Assembly (NCBI RefSeq): GCF_006345805.1
Contig: NC_043016.1
Location: forward strand, 23,684,001 to 23,748,000
Source of the DNA: Octopus sinensis
Taxonomy: Eukaryota
Length of the DNA stretch: 64,000 nt
Direction: 5' to 3'
A program made the position numbers and the translations under genes. The notes beneath the pieces were generated by a model. That model had not been told where the DNA came from, searched no databases, and worked only from the letters and a program-made list of their open reading frames with translations. Shown one piece after another: positions 11,550 through 24,264 of this stretch; position 1 is the first letter of the stretch, and every line of letters starts with the position of its first letter.

Positions 11550-13330
11550 TGAAGAATCAAAGACAAAGTCTCTGAGCCACTCAATATGGTTTCGAAAACC
11601 ACAAACAAATTTAAATTGAAAATCTTCTAGGATTGCAATGAATTCCCTTGCCTGTACTAATTTTAAAGCACTCCAATTCTAATGTGGTTGAAAATACCCC
11701 AGAAAACACAATAATTTTATGGAATAAAAAGGATATTTGTCAAGATGAATAGTTCTAACATGTCTTAGATAACTTTGGAGATTACCTTTCAATGATTTCA
11801 TCCAGTAGGGCTATTCAAGCCATGGACTTCGAGAAAAAATGTCAAATTCCTTTTAAGGTTTGGAAGAAAATTTTACATTCACAAATATTTGAAGCTGATT
11901 GAGAGAGTACCAAATTAAGTGAATGTGCAAAACAATGTACAAATTTGGCGTTCACTTAAAAAATCTCCTTTATTTTTGCTTGTGCTCCATTCAAATGCCC
12001 AACCATCATGCTCAGTCCATTATAAGTTTGTACAGTGAATTTTTGGTCACAGTTGAATTCAGGAACAAATTTTCAAACTTCTGTTAATGATGCAACTTTT
12101 TGTCTTTACAGACATCGATGTATCTTCAAAACCTTTCTTGAGGTTTTTCCTTATCATCAAATCACAAAATGTGTGACAAATGAGACTTCATTTGAAGGTC
12201 CAGTTTCAACAAACATAACAGTAGCAAATGTTGTTTTTTTTTTATCGTTGCCTTAATTTCACCTTCCCTTGTAGCAGCTATACAATTAATTTATCTTGTT
12301 TTAAATATTATTTGAAAGTTTAGAAAATGTGCAGTTGGCATTTTTCTTCACAAAATCTAAATGTAATCTACTGTTTTGCACATAGCTAGCCTTATTGTTT
12401 GATTCTTCTGTTTCATAGTGTCCTTCAAACTGTAATTCTTGACATGCCAAAATTTCTATACAATGAATTAACCTTTCCAATATATCATGATTTTTCTTCA
12501 CTGATCTATTATGGAACTGAATCAAAGTTGCTTTCCAGTAATCAATTGTTGTATCAATTTGTTGACTGTCAAAGGTTTTCAGAGTAACTACATAGGCGCA
12601 GGAGTGGCTGTGTGGTAAGTAGCTTGCTTACCAACCACATGGTTCCAGGTTCAGTCCCACTGTGTGGCATCTTGGGCAAGTGTCTTCTGCTATAGCCCCA
12701 GGCCGACCAATGCCTTGTGAGTGGATTTGGTAGATGGAAACTGAAAGAAGCCTGTCGTATATATGTATATATATATATATATGTGTGTGTTTGTCCCCCT
12801 AGCATTGCTTGACAACCGATGCTGGTGTGTTTACGTCCCCGTCACTTAGCGGTTCGGCAAAAGAGACCGATAGAATAAGTACTGGGCTTACAAAAGAATA
12901 AGTCCCGGGGTCGAGTTGCTCGATTAAAGGCGGTGCTCCAGCATGGCTGCAGTCAAATGACTGAAACAAGTAAAAGAGAGTAAAGAGAGAAAGAGAGATC
13001 ACCTGGTTCTGAGATTTTTGTGTTTTGTCAAAGATGTAATAAAAACTGTGAAAATTGCTGTAGCCAGTAACTGTCCATGTGTTTTTATGATGACAAAGGG
13101 AAACAGAAATTGTTGTTCAGCATGAGACATCCTGTCATTCACTCATACTGTCCATAATACTTGGAATAAAAATAATGATAGCATACTGTGCTGCTGACTT
13201 TGGTTTTGATTTTCATTTCAAGCTTTGATTTCTCTTTTCTGAGACTGCTAATATTCTTCTTACCTGTGAAACTTCTTGTTGCAAAGGTCAGGAAAGTAGA
13301 GAGGAAACTGAGCTAATTGACTCTTTTTGC
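11550..13330 (-). mobile_element. hAT transposase pseudogene (Tip100/ZMYM1-like), interrupted by a SINE
   Basis: Minus frames give NTWTVTGYSNF; NRSVKKNHDILERLIHCIEILACQELQFEGH; QTYNGLSMMVGHLNGAQAKIK; FVHCFAHSLNLVLSQS (hAT CxxH motif). Confidence 0.85.
12594..12990 (+). mobile_element. SINE family A, full length, nested in hAT remnant
   Basis: Near-identical to 23051-23498. Confidence 0.93.
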
Positions 13331-13675
13331 CATTTAGGGGGAGAATGAAGGCATAAAAACTGTTACTGGGTTGTAATCTTTTTGAATAAATCAAGGCATT
13401 AATTCTAACAAAAAATTTAGGTGCTAGTTTACTTTTTTACATAACCATTTATTAAAGATAATCTTAAATATTTAAGATTTGATTTTAAAGCATTGGCGTG
13501 GATTAATGGATGAAAACTACTTTTTAAGGCAAGAAATAAAAACTTGCTGGCTGCTTTTTTTTTTTTGTCCCAAGTGTGAATTAGTCAACAAGAAAACTCT
13601 GGGTTCATATAACTGAATGTGGGTCTTAAGAAAGGATCAAGAATACTCTTCGTGGATTAAATCTTTTTAAAAATC

Positions 13676-14070
13676 TGGTGTGGCTGTGTGGTTAGAAGTT
13701 TGCTTCCCATCCACATGGTTCCAGGTTCAGTCCGTCTGTGTGACACCTTCACCAGGTGTCTTCTACTATAGCCTTAGGCCAACCAAAACCGTATGAGTGG
13801 ATTTGGTAGATGGAAACTAAAAGAAGCCTTTCATATATATATATATATATTATATATATATATATCTGTGTGTGTCTTTGCTTCAATTTTTGTCCCCACC
13901 ATCACATGATAACTTGTGTTTGGTGTGTTTATGTTCCTGTAACTTTGCAGTTCAACAAAACAGACTGATAGAATAATTACCAGGGTAGATTCATCCAACT
14001 AAAAATTCTTCAAGACCGTACCCCAGTATGGCTGCAGTCTAATGACTGAAAGACGTAAGAAATAAAAGAT
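13676..14070 (+). mobile_element. SINE family A, older copy
   Basis: Same head, internal (TA)n and tail architecture, more diverged. Confidence 0.8.
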
Positions 14071-14899
14071 AAAATATATACTCTTCAGTAAATGAACCAG
14101 AATCAACATTAAAACAAACTTGCAAATTATTGACTAAATACCCATTCCTCTTCTAAATCTGCCTGATTATGGGGAAAGTTCTGAGACCTTTGAATAAACA
14201 AGTTTTTGATCTCTGCTGTAGTAAGACATCAGCACTTCAGGAGAAAATATGTTGACACAGCTGGAAGGCAAGCAGTAAAAAAATATGCTTTTCTTTGCCT
14301 TTCTCTCTCTTGACCTCTCACTTGTTAGTTTTGTTTCTCTTTTTGACACTCCCTTTTCAAAGAGAATAATAGAATACAAAGAAACTAACACCATTGCTTT
14401 TTCTTACTATATCTGAAAGTAAGTAGAAAAACATTTGCTTTCTCTGCCTTTCTCTCTCTTGGACTCTCACTCATTTGTTTTGTCTCTCTTGTTTTTGGTC
14501 TGCTCAATTGCCTGTGATGTGTTGGTGGCTGCTGACATTTGAAGAATCAAGACCAGCCCTGATGTCATAACCTCTAGACACTGGACAATCCTGTGGAGTT
14601 TCATCTTTTTCTTATTTATATCAGTAGTTGTAAGTTTCACACATAATGACATAGTTACTGAAACATGAAATTAATGAATGTTGAATACAATTATGTACGT
14701 TATAACTAATGAAATATGCCATGTAATATAAGAGAAATTAGCTTTAAAGTGTTTGGCATGTGTCACGGTGCCTTTTTATGTGCTTGTTCCCTCTGACATT
14801 AGAACCTGGCTATACCTCTGCTATGATTGAAATCAAGCAGAAAAAATTTTATTATTTTTTTTTACTTTCTCTCTGTGGTGCCTGTTATGGAAAGGCAAG

Positions 14900-15780
14900 C
14901 TTATTCACATTCATTACTGACAAAATGTGTCTGTTGGACCGACAAATTTCTAGCTGCTTGATCATTCTAACAGAGATTCCTGAAACTTTCTTGACACCAT
15001 TTGTTATTTTTGTGTCATTTACTGCAGTCTCACACTGAAGATCCCCAGTCAGTTGTTCCAATCTTTTATTGAGTCAGAGAATCTTTCTTACAATATTGAC
15101 TTCTATTATGGTCTCACACCATATGTCAGTTCACTAAAAAACGTATAGCTGTGGATTCATCTAGTCAACTGAGATAGCATATCCAGCAGAGTCTGTGTTT
15201 GTAGATGTCAGTTTCAATGCTAAGGGCATCAGTATGTAGCAGTACTTCAGACTCTAATGAACACCTAGAATATTGTGAAAGCATCATTGGTGGAACTGCT
15301 CTAAGATTTTAAGGAGTCTGTAATAGACAACTAAAGTTTCATAAGAGTAAGACAATATCATAAGGACACTTATATTGAATACTGAAATTTTAGAGCCTTT
15401 TTTTTTTATATTCTTTTCAGACACCAAACATGTACTTTGAGACTGGCAAAAATATCAGTTGCCTTCCTAATGCATGAAGCTATTTTCTCATGAAGCTATT
15501 TCCTCATCCAGTGAACAGTGCTGATTGATCATACTTTTCTTGCATGAAAATTTATCAATAACTTCGAGCCTGTGTCTATTGACATAAATTGATTGTTCAA
15601 TAGGGTGATTTGGGAGCCAGTTGAAACATTACCACCATTTTGTCAAGGCTAATGATTAATCCAAATGCCTTACATGGTTGCAAGATCTTATTCATAAAAG
15701 TTTGCATACACATCAGTGAATGTGCTACAAGATCACAATTGTCAGCATATAAAATATGGCATATTAGATTCTGAAAGAAC
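14900..15780 (-). mobile_element. RTE (BovB-like) LINE RT remnant
   Basis: Minus frames ILYADNCDLVAH...CKAFGLIISLDKMVVMFQLAP and LKILEQFHQ. Confidence 0.75.
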
Positions 15781-16299
15781 TTGGTCTTTGTGAAAATGTA
15801 CCCTGTATTAAATACATATGTACATGCATATGTACGATCGTGTTATCTATTGATACAAATGACTAAATGACTTCAATACTGAATGACATCCAAACAATAA
15901 CTCCAGCTTTGATGCAATCAATAATTTCACCAAGTGAAAGGTCACTAAGGATTTCACTATTTATAGAAGAGTGCAATGGAATTAGCCGACCATTCCAGAT
16001 GCATATTAATGCTAAATAATGACATGCACAGTGTCTTAGTAATATTAGAGTCATTCGTTTTTATTGGTTCACTAATTGTACAAAACAACAATGAAAAGAA
16101 CAAGAAATTGAATACTAAAAACCATAGTGGAGTTCTTTGTATTTTTCTACTTAGAGTATTGTGTGTGTGTGTGTTTGGATGTGTGTATGTATGGATATTG
16201 ATGTAGTGTGTGAGTTAAGATTAAGTGCATATCATATTAATGTAGGCATAAAACAGTAAGAAACATATTCAAATTTTTCATTGGTATTTTTTATTGTTG

Positions 16300-16341
16300 T
16301 TATTGTGTGTGTGTATGTGTGTGAGTGTGTTTATGTATATG

Positions 16342-16383
<42 letters not shown>

Positions 16384-16440
16384 GTGTGTGTGTGTGTGTA
16401 TGTGTTTGAGTGTGTTTATGTATATGTATATATATATATA

Positions 16441-16489
<49 letters not shown>

Positions 16490-16563
16490 GTGTGTGTGTG
16501 TGTGTATATAATATATATATATATATATATAATATATATATATATATGTGTGTGTGTGGTGTG

Positions 16564-16608
<45 letters not shown>

Positions 16609-16615
16609 ATGTATG
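16300..16615. repeat. (TG)n/(TA)n/(TATG)n compound microsatellite
   Basis: Direct reading. Confidence 0.95.
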
Positions 16616-16750
16616 ATCCAAATAATAAGAAAACAAAGAAATTCTTTAACATATCGTTTATAATGTTTTACAATTACTTTTTATGTTCAGTTATAATAAA
16701 AACAATTTTACATTAATCTCATGGGTTACTCTATACTTTTATTAAAGTAC

Positions 16751-16856
16751 AAATGCATCATTCTTAAACAAGAATATTATTGACAGTGACTTCAAAGCTG
16801 GACTGCCAACTTTGAAGTCATTTTTAATAATATTCTTGTTTAAGAATGGTATGTTT
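16751..16856. repeat. 106-bp imperfect palindrome
   Basis: CATTCTTAAACAAGAATATTATT..TGACTTCAAAG, 12-nt loop, CTTTGAAGTCA..AATAATATTCTTGTTTAAGAATG. Confidence 0.9.
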
Positions 16857-16879
16857 GTCTGTCTGTCTGTCTGTCTGTC

Positions 16880-17160
16880 TAGTCTATCGGTCTCTATATG
16901 AACCTGGGAAGGCCTGTGCCCTCACCTGCTGCTGTTAAGATTACTGAAACTATGGTTTCCCATGACTACTCTAGGAGTGAAAACTGGAGTGGTTTCCCAT
17001 TGCCTTCTCCAGCCAGGTAGGATTTGGACTCAGAATGTAGAGATCTGGAAGATGTACCATAAAGCATTTCTGCTAACATGCCAATGTTTCTGCTGCTCTC
17101 CCATCCACTAGAGAAGCATGAAATTAAGTGTTTTGCTCAAGAACACGACACACTTCCCAA
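16880..17160 (-). mobile_element. degraded SINE with RTE/Bov-A-like motif
   Basis: Minus GGAGAAGGCAATGGGAAACCACTCCAGT at about 16984-17011, plus GTGTCGTGTTCTTGAGCAAAACACTT body near 17125-17152. Confidence 0.45.
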
Positions 17161-17451
17161 CAACAGCAGCAGCAGCAACAGCTGTCCAAGAATATGGACC
17201 TGGAGATCTCCATTTCCAGCAACTTCAAGGGCCACCTCCCAGTGGTGTTGGGTGTCAACGACGAGCCCTCGACTACAAGACGACCAAGTTTTTTTTCCCA
17301 AGGTCTGGGGTCTCCCACCCCTAAGCCCTAGACCATCACCTAATCATCCTTACCCGTCTTGTTGCTTAACAACAACAACAACAACAACAACAGCAACAAC
17401 CTTTTCCATTATAGGCACAAAGCCTGAAATTTTGTGAGAGGGGACTCCCTG

Positions 17452-18620
17452 ACTGGTGATTATCTGCAGCACCAACTTCAAGAAGCTAACCAGCCACCTG
17501 ATAACCTACCAATCAGGTGACTGTGCTAGCCAGATCGATTGCATTCTCACCAGGCTGCAGGATGCATGGTTGCTCCTAAACAGAAAAACTTTCCCTGGTG
17601 TAGAATGTGTCCCCCAGTAAAGACTAGTCATTAGTGACTTTAGACTCTTGGCCAGAAGGAGGCCAGGAAGCAGACCAATCTGAAAAAGAAGGATTTGGAA
17701 CCATAAAGATCCTTCATATGGTCAGTGATTTAGGGACATCCTAACTAGGAAATCTGATGAAAAGGAGGAGGAGCTACAAACTTGTGACATAGAGGGCAAT
17801 TGGGAATTCTTGTGCAATAGCTTGCTGAGTGCCACAAACCAAATCTGCAGGTGGTGCAAAGTCCCAACCATACCTAGGGTAATGTGGTGATGTAACATTG
17901 TCGAGGACAGAAACATTAGAACAAAGAAACAGGCCTGGAAGACCTGGAAGTGTTGGAGTGGCAGAAAGGTGTATCAGATAGCCAGAAGGGAGGCTAGGAG
18001 ACAGGTATATCTAGCCAAGGGAGAAGCAGAAAAGAGGAAGTTTGCCTATGTTCAGCAACATGAGGACCAAAGAATTGAAGAGTTTTGGATTGCAATACAG
18101 TTCGTGAGAGAAAATTGTGATGTCAGAGGAGAGGAAGGTGCCTGCAGTGGATGATGCTGCACTTTCATTTAATGATTCTGCAAAGAAAGAGGCTTGGAAA
18201 TGCCATTATGAAAGACTGCTGAATGTAGAGAATGTATTGGAGGAGGAGAGTCTGCCAAATGTTGACCCAAGTGAGGGACCTGCTACCTGAATCAACAGTA
18301 CTTTGGTAAATTAAGCAATTAAGGACATGAAGATATGGAAAAACCCCTGGCCTTTCAGGAATCACCGTTGAGATGCTTAAAATATCTGGCAGTGTAGGTT
18401 ATGGTCTAGTCACCCATATTGTAAATCAGGTGATTCACAAAGGAGTCATACCTAATGACTGGTGTAGCAGCACAGCAGTCGACTGTTACAAAGGTAAAAG
18501 TGATACCTTGGATAGAAATAATTACAGAGCTATCAAATTGTTGGATCAGGTGATGAAAGTTATGGAGAAAGTCATGGTCCAACTAATAGGAGGAGAATTA
18601 GTCCAGATGAGATGCAGCTT
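17452..18620 (+). mobile_element. RTE LINE remnant (endonuclease end to RT start)
   Basis: ICSTNFKKLTSHLITYQSG...QIDCIL, and ORF 18373..18669 VIPNDWCSSTAVDCYKGKSDTLDRNNYRAIKLLDQVMKVMEKV. Confidence 0.88.
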
Positions 18621-18945
18621 GGTTATGTGTGGATGTGTTTACACCCATAACTTGCCAAAAAGAGACTAATACAAATGCCGGGCTTAAAAAATAAAAAGCA
18701 ATGGGGTCAGTTCATTTGACAAAAATTCTTCAAGGCATTGTCCCAAAATGGCAACAGTCTGATGACCAAAACAAGTAAAGGAATAGAAGAATATAATAAA
18801 ACACCATAAATAGCTTCAGCCGTTCTAGTTGTTTTAATGGTGAAAACTTTACAAAGATGGCAATGAATACTGCTTTAATTATTGTCTAAACTGTAATCAG
18901 TTGCAGCCAGGCATGTTCACAGTCTTTAACAATACAAATGAGTGA

Positions 18946-18983
<38 letters not shown>

Positions 18984-19034
18984 CATATAATTAAATAATG
19001 ATAAGTCCAGCAGAATTTTGGGAGCTGTATTTTT

Positions 19035-19457
19035 GTGATCCTTTCTAACAATTCATGTAAGAGTTCTACAGTCCCTATCTGAAAGTTTTAGCTTTCTTCT
19101 GGAGTTTTGTTTTGACAAGGATGTTTTTCTCTCTTTCTCAAAGGCTGTCATTACTTTCAAGACAACACTTCTTGATACACCAAACATTTTGGCTGTTTCC
19201 ATTACACTAGCACCTGCCATACAAGCACCAACAATTTGACCTCTTTGAAAGTCTGATACATCTGTCATCTTAATGAATTTTAATTACTTGTTTTTGATGA
19301 TATCTGAAAAGAAACAGTAATTTTAGTAAAACATATTAGGCAACACTAATAAGAAATAAAAAAACATAAAAATAAACAAGCTTTTGATGGTTTTATAGAT
19401 ATTTCAAAATGATGATGCTATGATGCTAGGTGTTTCCCTTATTTTGGCCAACCCCTG
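19035..19457 (-). mobile_element. Tc1 5' remnant (TIR and HTH)
   Basis: TA-CAGGGGTTGGCCAAAATAAGGGAAACACC TIR ending 19457; ORF 19053..19268 MTDVSDFQRGQIVGACMAGASV...SGRK-like RRKLKLSDRD. Confidence 0.88.
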
Positions 19458-19654
19458 TATGTATATATAATCCCAATGAGGATATTTAAACCTTTTATAG
19501 GGACATACACATATACATCCACACATAATAAACATGTCTCTATATTCCAAGTATTCCAAACATATCCTAATGCAATCCTTATTGTCCTTTGTACACCCTG
19601 ATAAGTTTCTATACAAGGTATTTAAAATGCAAAATTATATATTTATATATTCTT

Positions 19655-19814
19655 TTGCTTGTTTCAGTCATTTGACTGTGGCCATGCTGGAGCACCACCT
19701 TTAGTCAATCAAATCAATCCCAGGACTTATTTTTTGTAAGCCTAGTACTTATTCTGTCAGTCTCTTTTGCTGAACCAGCATCGGTTGTCAAGCAATGCTG
19801 GCAGGACAAACACA

Positions 19815-19900
<86 letters not shown>
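19655..19900 (-). mobile_element. SINE family A 3' half with expanded (CA)n
   Basis: Reverse-complement tail and body, then about 40 CA units. Confidence 0.8.
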
Positions 19901-20597
19901 TGGAAAAGACAGAAATGCATTTTGCATCCTCGCTGGCCGCTGCTAAGGCTGATTTTCATCTCTCTCTGATATTCATTGTTTTTAAAATGGCAAGTAAGAG
20001 ATGTGAACTCAGGACAGATACTGCAATTATAACTGGCTAATCCACAGTACATTCGGTATGTAAACCTTCCTTAGTTAAAGCATTTCAAAATGAGTGGGAG
20101 GGAAACCTGGCTTCAATACTTGCGGCAGAGTGGATTCTGCTGCAGAGTCCCACCTGGCAGAAGGTGCCAGATGGTGGTGATGTTAAACTGGGCAGTGGAT
20201 TGTGTCTCAACATGTTCAGTAACTTAGAGAGGTTCAGCAAAAAGAAATGGATAAAATAAGAAACCTGCTGAAATAAGTAGTAGAATTGATAATGTCAACT
20301 AAAAGCTTGAAGGCAGTGCTCCAGCTTTGCCACAGTCTAATGACTGAAACCAGTGAAAGAATAAAAGAATAATGGAATGTAAATTAAATCAAGGATAGAT
20401 TTTTAGCATCTTTTTTCACTTGGAATAGTTGAAATATTTCCAATTGATTTGTATTTTCATTTTTTTTTTTATGATGTAGCTCTTTGCCCTTTCTTTGCCC
20501 TTACCCCCACCTCAGTCCTTTTCTCTATATGCATACCAAACAGCAAAAAATTTGGCAATTTAGCCCATCTTTTATTTGTAACATTTGTTATTATATA

Positions 20598-20633
20598 TTC
20601 ATACATACATACATACATACATACATACATACA

Positions 20634-20681
<48 letters not shown>

Positions 20682-20968
20682 CACATATATAGATATGTGT
20701 GAGTATTTTTAAATATATATATTTGTATATATACATACATACACATACATAGACACATATATACATGTATATATGTGTGTATATGTGTATGTATGTATAT
20801 ATACAAATATATATATATATAAACATACACACACATATCTATGTATGTATATAAAAGTATATCCATATATGTGTATTTATATATGTGGGTATATATGTAC
20901 ACATACATACATACACACACACACGCATATATATATATATCCACACACTCACACATATATATATACAT

Positions 20969-21045
<77 letters not shown>

Positions 21046-21140
21046 ACATATACATCCACATATATAAATACACATATATAGACATACTTTTATATACACA
21101 TACATACTTACACATCTACACATACACAGACATATACACA
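20598..21140. repeat. (CATA)n/(TA)n compound microsatellite
   Basis: Direct reading. Confidence 0.95.
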
Positions 21141-21789
21141 CTTTTTTTATGTTATATCCCAACCTTTACAGAGATGTTTATGTTGGCAGAAAACATTCAA
21201 CACACAACAATAGAAAAACTATCTGAATGTAAACTAGAGCTCGTTAAAACGGTTCATAAACCACAAGTATTCCCAAAGACAGAATAATTAAGAGGATTAT
21301 CTTCTATTTGTCATTGCTTTTGTTTTTGTTGTTAACCACCTAGGTTAGTCCTGACTAAACAGATTTATGATCAAAGGCATTCTAGTCACCCCTTTGCCAC
21401 CCCTTTTATCTAGGCAGAAGGAATCCAAGTTTACAGTATTCTTTTTCTTTTTTTTTTCAAATGGGAACATGTGATTTGGAGGAGATTAGGCTGCTATTTC
21501 TAGCAAGTCATGGGACTATGTAGAGTATGTGCTGGCAAACTTCATATATCATTGAGACATTCAAGGAATTGTTGATAACTAATCAACCCTCACCTCATCT
21601 CATAAATTTCTAAAATAAAATTAAAAAGTATAAATTGTAAAAATATTTCTTAATTCAAAAACAATAATTCCCTCATTCTTTTGTGTCATTACCACTTTTT
21701 AATAAGAAATATTTAAAAGAATTTAATGAAAATACTTAATGAATTTAATAAAAAGAACAATTAAAAAAATTTAGTCATATATTGGTTTC

Positions 21790-21995
21790 AAATTTTGGAA
21801 CAAGGCCAGTAATTTTGGGGGAAATCGATTACAATGACCCCAGTACTTGACTGGTACTTATTTTATTGACCCTGAATGGATGAAAGGCAAAGTCAAACTC
21901 GGAGGAATTTGAGCTCAAAAACATATAGACAGATGAAATGCTGTTAAGTATTTTGCCCTGTGTGCTAACGACCCTGCCAACTCACCACCTTCAGT
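21790..21995 (-). mobile_element. SINE family B-related copy
   Basis: Reverse-complement head and central domain; tail AAATTACTGGCCTTGTTCCAAAATTTGAAAC. Confidence 0.75.
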
Positions 21996-22009
21996 CACAT
22001 TATATTAAT

Positions 22010-22240
22010 TGGCAATGTGGCCGATGCTGGTGTTGTGTAACTAGCACCTGTGTTGGCGGCACATAAAAAGCACCTTTCAAGCATTGGACCTTACAGAAGC
22101 AATGACATATGACCGAGACCTTTGGCAATCTGCTGTGCTAGAGAAGACCCATCAAGCCAAGTGAAATCATAGTTGTGGCAGATACTGGTATCATGCAAAC
22201 GGCACCTGTGCTAGTGGCACATAAAAGCAACCATTACACT
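22010..22240 (+). mobile_element. RTE 3'UTR fragment
   Basis: GGCACATAAAAAGCACC and TGTGGCAGATACTGGT motifs resemble the RTE UTR at 31500-31880. Confidence 0.55.
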
Positions 22241-23050
22241 TGTCATCATGAGTACAACGCCCTAACTACTAGACCATATGCCTTTACATAGATTCCCCGG
22301 GAGCCAAAATTGACTACTATGCTATCACCTGGTGTAGAGGTTCTCTTGTTAGCTTGCATTCTCTAAGTAGTAAGTAAACAAGAACTTCATGTACTTCTCA
22401 GACGGATGCTGCTCTATTACAGGTAATCCCTACCGTTAAAAGCTTGGTATCCATTCCTCTCCAGATACAGGTGAAACAAAGTCAGTATGAGTTCTGTCCA
22501 AAAGCACAATATGATGTCTGCTTGTTCACTTTTTTTACTTTGCACTCCATTAAAACTCAAATACTTGAAGTAAAAAAGAAAAATTTTTTCTTCTTATTCT
22601 TCACAACATTTTTTATTCCGTTTCATTCCATATTCTTTTATTAGAATTCAATGCAGGTTTTGTTTAGTTTAGTTTTTTTTTTTAATCTTTTTTTTTTCTC
22701 TCCTGCCATTATTCTTAGCTTCATGCCTATTTAAGAGAGTTCACTTTACATGCAACAATTACTTTACCATTGGCCAATTAAGAAACAACCTGCAGTCATG
22801 CAGTCAGTGTAAAAAAAAATGCCAAATGGTTTTCTGGTAATGAGATTTCAACACACAGCACTGACATTATTATACACACTCAATAAATTATAAAATGTTG
22901 CTTATTGAATTTACTTAAGCTCTATTAACTCAATTTGAAGCTATTTTGCTCTTTTACACATCCACACACAATCACTCACACACACTATTAAGGTCTGCAA
23001 AAGAATTTTGTTAGGGTAGTGTATGTGTGTGTACACATATGTACATATAT

Positions 23051-23216
23051 AGGCGCAGGAGTGGCTGTGTGGTAAGTAGCTTGCTAACCAACCACATGGT
23101 TCTGGGTTCAGTCCCACTGCGTGGCATCTTGGGCAAGTGTCTTCTGCTATAGCCCCGGGCCGACCAATGCCTTGTGAGTGGATTTGGTAGACGGAAACTG
23201 AAAGAAGCCTGTCGTA

Positions 23217-23281
<65 letters not shown>

Positions 23282-23498
23282 TTATGTGTCTGTGTTTGTC
23301 CCCCTAGCATTGCTTGACAACCGATGCTGGTGTGTTTACGTCCCCGTCACTTAGCGGTTCGGCAAAAGAGACCGATAGAATAAGTACTGGACTTACAAAG
23401 AATAAGTCCCGGGGTCGATTTGCTCGATTAAAGGCGGTGCTCCAGCATGGCTGCAGTCAAATGACTGAAACAAGTAAAAGAGTAAAAGAGTAAAGAGT
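23051..23498 (+). mobile_element. SINE family A, full length, young
   Basis: AGGCGCAGGAGTGGCTGTGTGGT head, CORE-like CATCTTGGGCAAGTGTCTTC, internal (TA)n(TG)n, CR1-like tail, terminal (AAAGAGT)n. Confidence 0.95.
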
Positions 23499-23627
23499 AT
23501 ATATGTATACATACACACACACACACAGAAACACACACACACATACACACTCACACACAAACATATTGCCAGTGGATTATATATCCAAAAAATAAGCACA
23601 GTCTAAAACTTAGAGCTGTAATATATT

Positions 23628-23691
23628 TAGGATCTGATGAGTCGTCTATAAGGCTAAGTGCTTTATGGATGTGAAACCATTGGTCACTCTA
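23628..23691 (+). ncRNA. type I hammerhead ribozyme motif
   Basis: TAGGAT-CTGATGA-[12-bp stem II with G-U pairs]-GAAA-CC ATT GG-TC-ACTCTA. Confidence 0.6.
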
Positions 23692-23728
23692 TGACAGAAC
23701 ATATATTTAACTGCATGTAAATATATAT

Positions 23729-24182
23729 ATCATCATCATCATTGTTCGACCGTGGTCGAGACAATGGATTTTACCATGCTACGCCAGACTTCACGGTCCA
23801 TCATGGCATTACGGAGGTCCTGTTGCTGGATGCCTGTATCCATGGAGATTACATCAGGGTAGGAGAGTGTGCGCCCTCTGGTATTGCGAGTAGATGGCTT
23901 CCAGAGGAGAAGAGTAGAAATTGCCTCGTTTTCAGCTCTACAACAATGTCCAGCAAACTGGACTCTTCTACCTTTCACAAAAGATGACACAGGTGGTAGT
24001 TTCCCATATATTTATACTTTGGTTGGATGACGCTTCCATGAGAGATTTTGAGCTCTCATAAGGAGGTGAGTGTAGGTTCCTTCCAACCGCCTCTCAAGCT
24101 TCTTTGATAACATCCAGGTTTCTGAGCCATATAGTAGAATTGGTTCGACTGTGGCTTTGAAGATTTCAAGTTTGAAGTCTCT
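23729..24182 (-). mobile_element. RTEX-like LINE 5'-truncated 3' end
   Basis: FKATVEPILLYGSETW...HPTKV*IYGKLPPVSSFVKGRRVQFAGHC...DREVWRSMVKSI, one in-frame stop, (TGA)n tail. Confidence 0.85.
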
Positions 24183-24264
24183 ACATATATATATATGTAT
24201 ATATATATGTTTACTGGTTGTGTGGTAAGTAGCTTGCTTATGAACCATATGATTAAGCTTCGCA

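Noticed and set aside
15420-15560. hAT/Charlie transposase reading (TDIFASL)
   Set aside because: The adjacent sequence gives the YADN RT motif and other RTE motifs, so the RTE reading explains it better.
20085-20260. GC-richer open frame (FQNEWEGNLASILAAEW...)
   Set aside because: Runs into a SINE tail and looks like interspersed repeat sequence; no splice or homology support.
22400-22510. Mini-exon-like AG...GTAATC signals
   Set aside because: The sequence resembles a reverse-oriented degenerate SINE body.
22768-22833. Minus-strand exon candidate (KPFGIFFYTDCMTAGCFLIGQ), in phase with the 57.4-kb candidate
   Set aside because: Phase agreement has a one-in-three chance, and the product is not recognised.
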